DNA from: Candidatus Latescibacterota bacterium
GTDB taxonomy: Bacteria > Latescibacterota > UBA2968
DNA: 64,000 nt
Direction: 5' to 3'
Assembly: GCA_965204745.1 (NCBI GenBank)
Contig: OZ242010.1
Location: forward strand, 4,864,001-4,928,000
Shown: one piece after another, positions 1-8,700 of the stretch
Position numbering within the stretch: position 1 is the first letter of the stretch
Layout: every line of letters starts with the position of its first letter
Position numbers and translations under genes: made by a program
The notes under the pieces: model-generated
Told to the model about the DNA's origin: nothing
The model's input: only the letters and a program-made list of their open reading frames with translations
The model's database searches: none

Positions 1-1461
1 AAACTCGCCCCCGGTGCGTTCTTCCAATTCGCCGATTGAGCCGATGCACAGGGTCTCGCCCGTGTCCTCGTTTCGCCACAGGGGAAGCGGACACCCCCAA
101 TACCGGTTGCGGGAAATCGCCCAATCCCGTGCGCCGGTGAGCCAGTTGCCAAATCGCCCGTCTTTGATGTGTTCCGGTACCCAGTGGATTTGCGCGTTTG
201 CGCGGAGCATGTCGTCCTTGATCTTTTCGATATCGACAAACCAAGTGGAGATGGCCCTGTAAATGAGGGGCGACTCACACCGCCAGCAGTGGGGATAACT
301 GTGCTGATGCGTGGTCTGGTGAACGAGTTTGCCCTCGGCTTTCAAGCGTCTCATGAGGTCCGCGTCGCAATCCTTGACAAAGCGGGTTTCGTAGTCGCCC
401 ACTTCGGACGTGAACCTGCACTCTGCGTCAACGGGGCATACCGATGGAATGCCGTGCGCCCGCCCGGCCTCGGCGTCGTCTTCGCCAAACCCAGGCGCGG
501 TGTGGACGATGCCCGTGCCGTCCTCGGTGGTGACAAAGTCCGCAGTGATGATGCGAAACGCGCCCTGGTCGCGCAGCGTTTCAAAATAGGGAAACAGGGG
601 TTCGTACGGCATGCCCAGCAGGTCCTTGCCCTTGACCGTCTTGACGATGGCCGGCTTTTCGTTGGGGTAATACGTCTCCACCCGCGCTTCGGCGAGCACG
701 TAGGTGACGCCCCCATCTCGGACATAGACGTACGCCACATCTGCATGCACGGTCAGGGCCAGGTTGGATGGCAGGGTCCACGGCGTCGTGGTCCACGCCA
801 GCGCGTACGTCTCTGGTTCGCCTGTGAGTTTGAACGCCACGGTAATGGCCGGATCCAGCACTTCTTCGTACCCCAAATTGGCTTCAAAATTCGACAGGGG
901 CGTGGCGTCTTTGGGGCAATAGGGCAAACTTTTGTGCCCTTCGTAGATCAAGCCCTTGTCCCAAAGCCGCTTGAACACCCACCAGATCGATTCCATGTAG
1001 TCGCGGTCCATCGTGCGATAGCCGTTTTCAAAATCGACCCAGCGCCCGATGCGCTTGACGAATTGCCGCCACTCGGACGTGTATCGCAACACAATCCCCC
1101 GGCACGCCTCGTTGTACGCGGCAACGCCGTAGTCCTCGATCTCGCGCTTGCTGTTCAAGCCCAATTCCTGGCTGAGTTCGTATTCCACGGGCAAGCCGTG
1201 GCAGTCCCACCCAAAGGCGCGGTCCACGTATTTGCCGTTCATGGTTTGGTAGCGCGGGATCACGTCTTTGATCGTGCCGGCCAGCAAGTGCCCGTAGTGC
1301 GGCAGGCCCGTTGCAAAGGGCGGCCCATCGTAAAACACGTATTCCTCGTTGCCCTTTCGATTTTCGAGCGATTGTTCAAAGGCGTGGATTTCATCCCAAA
1401 AAGCGAGGACTTTTTCTTCCTCTTTGGGAAAATTCACCTGTGTAGCCACTTTTTCAAACAT
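1..1461 (-). CDS. ileS: Isoleucine--tRNA ligase, type 2 (IleRS2); 3' part runs off the window
   Basis: Not in the ORF track because it is open at the edge. Reverse complement from ATG at 1461 reads MFEKVATQVNFPKEEEKVLAFWDE...YVFYDGPPFATGLPHYGHLLAGTIKDVIPRY...RFGWDCHGLPVE, the class I HIGH-type motif as HYGH. GGAG SD upstream. Confidence 0.97.
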   Translation of the reverse strand, partial: MFEKVATQVNFPKEEEKVLAFWDEIHAFEQSLENRKGNEEYVFYDGPPFATGLPHYGHLLAGTIKDVIPRYQTMNGKYVDRAFGWDCHGLPVEYELSQELGLNSKREIEDYGVAAYNEACRGIVLRYTSEWRQFVKRIGRWVDFENGYRTMDRDYMESIWWVFKRLWDKGLIYEGHKSLPYCPKDATPLSNFEANLGYEEVLDPAITVAFKLTGEPETYALAWTTTPWTLPSNLALTVHADVAYVYVRDGGVTYVLAEARVETYYPNEKPAIVKTVKGKDLLGMPYEPLFPYFETLRDQGAFRIITADFVTTEDGTGIVHTAPGFGEDDAEAGRAHGIPSVCPVDAECRFTSEVGDYETRFVKDCDADLMRRLKAEGKLVHQTTHQHSYPHCWRCESPLIYRAISTWFVDIEKIKDDMLRANAQIHWVPEHIKDGRFGNWLTGARDWAISRNRYWGCPLPLWRNEDTGETLCIGSIGELEERTGGEF

Positions 1462-1475
1462 GGAGAACTCCAATC

Positions 1476-1620
1476 AAGTGAGAGGTAAGACGGGAGACGG
1501 GAGACGGGAGAGGTGAGGCAACCCCGCCACCGCCCAAGTGGTCAGTTTCCATCCTGCCCAACCCCCTTCAGTGAGAGGTAAGACGGGAGACGGGAGGCAA
1601 CCCTGCCACCGCCCAAGTCC
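1476..1620. repeat. Two imperfect direct copies of a heptamer-array cassette (GTGAGAG GTAAGAC GGGAGAC...GGCAACCC(C/T)GCCACCGCCCAAGT)
   Basis: Read directly at ~1478-1539 and ~1570-1618; the number of GACGGGA units differs between copies. Confidence 0.85.
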
Positions 1621-1696
1621 CCATTGCCCAGCATCCAGCGGTCGTAGGGATGTGCCTGTCCTCGCATTCAGCGGTAGGGATGGCTTCACCCAGAAT

Positions 1697-1728
1697 AAAA
1701 AAAACCGCCACGACAAACGCCGGGCGGT
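1697..1728 (-). terminator. Intrinsic terminator upstream of ileS
   Basis: Minus strand ACCGCC-CGGCG-TTT-GTCG-T-GGCGGT followed by a T-run. Confidence 0.75.
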
Positions 1729-1750
1729 GTGTCATACAACAGTACATCGT

Positions 1751-1888
1751 TCAAGACAAACAACACCCCATGTGCGTTTTCACAGCGGATATACGTATGC
1801 TCCCAATAGCACTGCCCGGTGTCAGATAACCTGTCACCCGGGCAGGACCCTTTCTCGGCAATGAAAATGTGTGGTGCGTTGCGGTCAT
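1751..1888 (-). other. Candidate 45-aa leader peptide (MTATHHTFSLPRKGPARVTGYLTPGSAIGSIRISAVKTHMGCCLS)
   Basis: Lies between a sigma70-like promoter and a terminator; three clustered Ile codons (ATT, ATA, ATA); RBS is weak. Confidence 0.35.
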
Positions 1889-1939
1889 GTTACCATTTCC
1901 AGATCAGTTGTGTAGCAGGTGCTCAGTGCGGTGTGGCTA

Positions 1940-1968
1940 AACATAGCGGTTTTTGGATTGCATGTCAA
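1940..1968 (-). promoter_or_regulatory. Sigma70-like promoter TTGACA-N17-TATGTT
   Basis: Perfect -35 (1963-1968), 17-bp spacer, -10 at 1940-1945; points toward ileS. Confidence 0.7.
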
Positions 1969-2120
1969 GCATCCACATCAGAATCGAGTTTGAGGATGGG
2001 AAAAATTATACCAAGTTGAGGTGTGCCAGTATATATAGACCAAAAAAATCAATTTCGTATTAAAACCCGAATGGAGGGATTTTCACTTCAAGGCCCGCTA
2101 AAATCACGACCACCCGCTGA

Positions 2121-2163
2121 AAACAAAAAGCCCGAGTTCATTGCGAACCCGGGCTTTTGTTTT
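2121..2163. terminator. Intrinsic, probably bidirectional terminator
   Basis: AAACAAAAAGCCCG-AGTTC-ATTGC-GAAC-CCGGGCTTTTGTTTT, just downstream of ORF 2184..2723. Confidence 0.85.
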
Positions 2164-2183
2164 GCGAACATCGTTTTTACGCA

Positions 2184-2723
2184 TCAACCGCCAGTGCCGA
2201 AATGGCTGGCGAAGATCAGGAAATCGGAAAATCCAATCTCGCCATCGCTGTCGAGATCGTACCGCGCATCGTACCGCGCATCGCCTCGGCGCGTCCCAAA
2301 CTTGCCGACAAAGGATAAGAAGTCGGCAAAATTAACCTGACCATTGCCATCGATGTCGGCGGTCGGTCGTTGCACTTCAAGGGTGAACGTCAGCGAAGCC
2401 CTATCGCCATCGCGGTCTGTTGCGGTCAGGGTGTATTCGGTCTCGGTCAGTGCCTTGCTCGGCAGGCCGGAAATCGTGCGTGTGGCCGAGTCGAATCGCA
2501 ATCCGTTCGGTAGGGCCGGAGATAGGATATAGCCCGGAGTTCCATCGCCGCCGGTGGCTTCGGGCAAGATCACGCGGATGCTGTCCCCGATGATGTAGCG
2601 TTGTGCGGCAACCCGTGTCGAATCGCTGAAGGAAGGTAGCCGATCCGTTGCGACCAAGAGCATAAACTTCAACGGGGCCGCGACGCCGTCTTCATCTGTG
2701 GCGGTCAGGGAACAGGCTTTCAT
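2184..2723 (-). CDS. Putative Ig (He_PIG-like) domain plus C-terminal dockerin/EF-hand-like domain; probably a C-terminal fragment
   Basis: LPNGLRFDSATRTISGLP...YTLTATDRDG, then ADIDGNGQVNFADF...DLDSDGEIGFSDF. No signal peptide, starts mid-domain, ATGA overlap with the upstream giant gene. Confidence 0.7.
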   Translation of the reverse strand: MKACSLTATDEDGVAAPLKFMLLVATDRLPSFSDSTRVAAQRYIIGDSIRVILPEATGGDGTPGYILSPALPNGLRFDSATRTISGLPSKALTETEYTLTATDRDGDRASLTFTLEVQRPTADIDGNGQVNFADFLSFVGKFGTRRGDARYDARYDLDSDGEIGFSDFLIFASHFGTGG

Positions 2724-5700
2724 TGGAAGTGGGAGTCGGGATAGAGGCTTCGGATGTAGGATTCAATATCTTGCGGGGTCGTGCGCGTGGCATCTGAAGA
2801 GACAGCACGATTGATGAGGGCCTCTTCCCGGAAGAAGAGGATGTATCGAGTGATCAGGATTATATCCGAGAACAGCTCCACCCGGCCATTGCCATCCACA
2901 TCGAGAATTTTCTGATCGACCAAAATGGCGATGTAGGATTCAATATCTTGCGGGGTCGTGCGCGTGGCATCTGAAGAGACAGCACGATTGATGAGGGCCT
3001 CTTCCCGGAAGAAGAGGACGTATCGAGTGATCAGGATTATATCCGAGAACAGTCCCACCCGGCCATTGCCATCCACATCCAAGTTGGCACTCGGTGTGTC
3101 GGCATCGGTCAGGGTCACAGGCGAGGGAGGCGAGGTCGTTCTGGCACTGGGCGTCCCCGTCACGCCCACCGAGGGCGGGCCATCGTCGGCATTGGTCAAG
3201 GTGGCGATGACGCGCACAGTGTATTCCGTGCCTGCGGTCAGACCGGCGATTGTCGCACTCGTCTTACTGCCGTTGTCGATGACTTGCTGACGGTCAGAGG
3301 CGTACAACGCCTCCCCGGATTTCCACTGCACTTTGTAACCGGTCGCCCCGTTCACCGCATCCCATGACACGCCCAAATAGCCCTCGCCGGGCGTGACTTC
3401 TACACCCGTCACTTGCCCCGGTTCTGTCACCACTGTGACCGGCCCCGTCACCTGCGCGGGCGTCACGGTGACCGATCCCGTCGTCAAGTCCTCGCTACCA
3501 GAATGGGCCGCGGCCTTCACGGTCACGCGCAAGCTCTGGTTCGCGTCAAAACCCAACCCAGTATAAGCGAGCGTCAGTTGGGCGACTGTGGCGGAGGTTC
3601 TAACGGGCGTACCGCTGATGCTCGCGCCCTGCGGGGCGGTGTGCAATGCGAAGTGGTTGGCGGCGAGGGTCTCGTTGTAGGTGGCACCGGTCAGGGTAAT
3701 GTTGACTTTTGCCCCGTTGAGATTTGCTTCTGTCAGCGAGTCTGGAACCGTCGATGAGATCGTTGCCCCCTCTGCCCGTTGTCCTGTTGCCGTGGCGGTG
3801 AAGGTCACGGACTTGTCAATGTTCGAGACGTCGATAGCTGCTACAACCGTGTCTGTGCCCGTAGCACCTAACGTCAACCTTGTCGAGGCACGACCATTGG
3901 CATCGGTTGTATCGGTTGTGGTACTGAGCGACCCACTACCCGCCGTGACCGAAAAAGCGACCGGCACCCCGGCAAAGGCAACGTCGTTCGAATCCCGCAC
4001 TTCAACGATGAACGGATCGGACAGGCGAGAACCAGCAGGGCCGGTTTGGTCATCGCCCGAGATTTTTATCAAACTGGTCAAGGTGCGGGTATCGTATATT
4101 ACATCAGTGCCTCGGGACTGAAAGGCGGGGATATGGGTGGTGAGGGAAGGATAGTTCAAGAGAGTACCATTGATAACCAGAAATTCCAGGCTGGTTAAGC
4201 CCGACAGGGCAGAGATATCAGAGATGTGGTTGTTGTTAAGCCCCAAAGTTCTCAGGCTGGTTAAGCCCGACAGGGCAGAGATATCAGAGATGTGGTTGTT
4301 GTTAAGCCCCAAAGTTCTCAGGCTGGTTAAGCCCGACAGGGCAGAGATATCAGAGATGCGGTTGTTGTTAAGCCCCAAAGTTCTCAGGCTGGTTAAGCCC
4401 GACAGGGCAGAGATATCAGAGATGCGGTTGCCGCTAAGAAGCAGAAATTCCAGGCTGGTTAAGCCCGACAGGGCAGAGATATCAGAGATTCTATTGAAGT
4501 CAAGAGTCAGATATCTCAGGCTAGTGAGACCCTTAAGCGGCGAGATATCAGAGATGCGGTTGCTTTGAAGCCACAGCACGTTCAGGCTGGTGAGACCCTT
4601 AAGCGGCGAGATATCAGAGATGCGGTTGTTGTTAAGATATAGACATTCCAGGCTGGTTAAGCCCGACAGTGCCGAGATATCAGAGATGCTATTGGTGACA
4701 AGAAGCAGAAATTCCAGGCTGGTTAAGCCCGACAGTGCCGAGATATCAGAGATGCGGTTGCCGCTAAGATACAGTGATTCCAGGCTGGTTAAGCCCGACA
4801 GTGCCGAGATATCAGAGATGCGGTTGTTGTTAAGATATAGACGTTCCAGGCTGGTTAAGCCCGACAGTGCCGAGATATCCGAAATGTTGTTGTCGTAAAG
4901 CCGGAGATCTATCAGGCTGGTTAAGCCCGACAGTGCCGAGATATCCGAAATGTTGTTGGAGAAAAGATTCAGCGAATTCAGGCTAGTTGCATGCTCCAGC
5001 CCGGTCAAATCACTAATGTTCTGACTCCTAGCATCAAGGCCAGTCAGGGTCGCCATCTCACTTGGGGTAATGATCGCACCGCTCGATTTTTTCAGTGCGC
5101 CCTCAATGGCAGCACGCAAGTTGGCGTCGGGGATGTTCACGCCGCGCTCAACGGTCACTGTGTAGGTTTTCGTCGTGGTCCCATCTTCTGCGGCAACCAC
5201 TATGGTAATGGTGTTTTCGCCCACACTGAGGGAAATGGCACTGCTCGCACTGCCGCTCGATACCGAAGTGCCGTTCACCGTGATCGTGGCGCCGTTGTGA
5301 TTGCTCGTCGGCGTGACGGTCAGGCTGTCGATGCTGTTCGCCACGGTCGCGGTGTAGGCGAGAGAGTCGCGGGCGAAGGCCGGATCCAGCGTCCCTGCCG
5401 AGAGCGTCAGGCCGCTCAAATCCGCATCGCTTGAGGTCGTTCTGGCACTGGGCGTCCCCGTTACGCCCACCGAGGGCGGGCCATCGTCGGCGTTGGTCAA
5501 GGTGGCGATGACGCGCACAGTGTATTCCGTGCCCGCGGTCAGACCGGCGATTGTCGCACTCGTCTTGCCACCGTTGTCGATGACCTGCTGACGGTCGGAG
5601 GCGTACAACGCCTCCCCGGATTTCCACTGCACTTTGTAACCGGTCACCCCGTTCACCGCATCCCATGACACGCCCAAATTGCCCACGCCGGGCGTGACTT

Positions 5701-8700
5701 CTACACCCGTCACTTGCCCCGGTTCTGTCACCACTGTAACCGGCCCCGTCACCTGCGCGGGCGTCACGGTGACCGATTCTGTCGTCAAGTCCTCGCTACC
5801 AGAATGGGCCGCGGCCTTCACGGTCACGCGCAAGCTCTGATTCGCGTCAAAACCCAACCCGGTATAAGCGAGCGTCAGTTGGGCGACGGTGGCGGAGGTT
5901 CTGACGGGCGTACCGCTGATGCTCGCGCCCTGCGGTGCGGTGTGCAATGCGAAGTGGTTGGCGGCGAGGGTCTCGTTGTAGGTGGCACCGGTCAGGGTAA
6001 TGTTGACTTTTGCCCCGTTGAGATTTGTTTCTGTCAGCGAGTCTGGAACCGTCGATGAGATCGTTGCCCCCTCTGCCGTTGCTCCTGTTGCCGTGGCGGT
6101 GAAGGTCACGGACTTGTCAATGTTCGAGACGTCGATAGCCGCCACAACCGTATTCGCGCCCACAGCACCCAGCGTCAACCTCGTCGAGGCGCGACCATTG
6201 GCATCGGTGGTATCGGTTGTGGTACTGAGCGACCCACCGCCCGCCGTGACCGAAAAAGCGACCGGCACCCCGGCAAAGGCAACGGCGTTCGAATCCCGCA
6301 CTTCAACGATGAACGGATCGGACAGGCGAGAACCAGCAGTGCCAGTTTGGTCGTCGCCCGAGATTTTTACCAAACTGGTCAAGGTGCGGGCATCATAGAA
6401 TACCCTGACGCCTCGGCTCTGAAGAGCCGGGATGTGGGTAATGAGGGAAGGATAGCTCAAGGGATTACCCTTAATATACAGATGGGTCAGGCTGGTTAAG
6501 CCCGACAGGGCAGAGATATCAGAGATGTTGTTGCCTTTAATATACAGATATGTCAGGCTGGTTAAGCCCGACAGGGCAGAGATATCAGAGATGCCGCCGT
6601 TGCGGGTAAGAACCAGCTCTCTCAGGCTGGTGAGACCCTGAAGCGACGAGATATCTGAAATGCTGTTGTCTTGAAGCCACAGCACGTTCAGGCTGGTGAA
6701 ACCCTGAAGTGGCGAGATATCAGAGATGCTGTTTTTTTGAAGAAACAGCTTTGTCAGGCTGGTGAGACCCTGAAGTGGCGAGATATCAGAGATGCTATTG
6801 GCGTCAAGACGCAGATCTCTCAGGCTGGTGAGACCCTGAAGTGGCGAGATATCAGAGATGCCGCCGTTGGAGCCAAGAAGTAGCCTGCTCAGGCTGGTGA
6901 GACCCTTAAGTGGCGAAATATCAGAGATGCTGTTGCTTTGAAGCCACAGCACGTTCAGGCTGGTGAGACCCTGAAGTGGCGAAATATCAGAGATGCCGTT
7001 GTGGGAAAGATCCAGACGTTCCAGGCTGGTTGCATACTCCAGCCCGGTCAAATCTCTAGTGTTCTGCTTCCCAGCACTAAGGCTGGTCATGGTCGCCATT
7101 TCACTTGGGGTAATGATCGCACCGCTCGATTTTTTCAGAGCTCTCTCAATGGCACCACGCAAGTCGGCGTCGGGGATGTTCACGCCGCGATCAACGGTCA
7201 CTGTGTAGGTTTTCGTCGTGGTAGTATCTTCTGCGGTGACTACAATGGCAATGGTGTTTTCGCCCACACTGAGGGAAATGGCACTGCTCGCACTGCCACT
7301 CGATACCGAAGTGCCGTTCACCGTGATCGTGGCACCGTTGTGGTTGCTCGTCGGCGTGACGGTCAGGCTGTCAATGCTGTCCGCCACGGTCGCTGTGTAG
7401 GCGAGAGAGTCACGGGCGAAGGCCGGATCCAGCGTCCCTGCCGAGAGCGTCAGGCCGCTCAAATCCGCATCGCTTGAGGTCGTCCTGGCACTGGGCGTCC
7501 CCGTCACGCCCACCGAGGGCGGGCCATCGTCGGCGTTGGTCAGAGTGGCGATGACGCGCACAGTGTATTCCGTGCCTGCGGTCAGACCGGCGATTGTCGC
7601 ACTCGTCTTGCCACCGGTGTCGATGACCTGCTGACGGTCAGAGGCGTACACCGCATCCCCGGATTTCCACTGCACTTTGTAACCGGTCGCCCCGTTCACC
7701 GCATTCCATGACACACCCAAATTGCCCACGCCGGGCGTGACTTCTACACCCGTCACTTGCCCCGGTTCTGTCACCACTGTGACCGGCCCCGTCACCTGCG
7801 CGGGCGTCACGGTGACCGATTCTGTCGTCAAGTCCTCGCTACCGGAATGGGCCGCGGCCTTCACGGTCACGCGCAAGCTTTGGTTCGCGTCAAAACCCAA
7901 CCCGGTATAAGCGAGCGTCAGTTGGGCGACGGTGGCGGAGGTTCTGACGGGCGTACCGCTGATGCTCACGCCCTGCGGTGCGGTGTGCAATGCGAAGTGG
8001 TTGGTGGCAAGGGTCTCGTTGTAGGTGGCGCCGGTCAGGGTGATGTTGACTTTTGCCCCGTTGAGATTTGTTTCTGTCAGCGCGTCCGGAACCGTCGATG
8101 AAATCGTTGCTCCCTCTGCCGTTGTCCCGCCTGTTGCCGTGGCGGTGAAGGTCACGGACTTGTCAATGTTCGAGACGTCGATAATTGCCTTAACTGTATT
8201 CGCGCCCACAGCACTCAGCGTCAACCTCGTCGAGGCGCGACCGTTGGCATCGGTGGTATCGGTTGTGGTACTGAGCGACCCACCGCCCGCCGTGACCGAA
8301 AAAGCGACCGGCACCCCGGCAAAGGCAACGTCGTTCGAATCCCGCACTTCAACGATGAACGGATCGGACAGACGAGAACCAGCCGTGCCGGTTTGGCCAT
8401 CGCCCGAGATTTTTACCAAACTGGTCAAGGTGCGGAAATCGTAGTATACAGAAACGCCTCGGGACAGAAAGGCGGGGATATGCGTGGTGAGGGAAGGATA
8501 GCTCAAGGGGTTACTCATAAGATACAGAAATTTCAGGTTGGTTAAGCCCGACAAGGCCGAGATATCAGAGATGTTGTTGTTGACAAGCCACAGAGACCTC
8601 AGGCGGGTTAAGCCCGACAGAGCCGAGATATCCGAGATGCGGTTGTCGTTAAGAACCAGAGTTTCCATGTAGGTTAAGCGGGTTAAGTCACTTGGGGTAA

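Noticed and set aside
169-1488. 439-aa plus-strand ORF
   Set aside because: Antisense shadow of ileS, which has clear motifs on the minus strand. Similar long shadow ORFs (e.g. 14080..15270, 17948..19105, 26715..27929, 30293..31633, 47893..49047, 57678..58622) were rejected for the same reason.
1690-1940. T-box riboswitch or 6S RNA upstream of ileS
   Set aside because: No GGTGGNACC T-box antiterminator consensus, and no long closing stem with a central bubble visible. Kept only as a candidate leader or sRNA.
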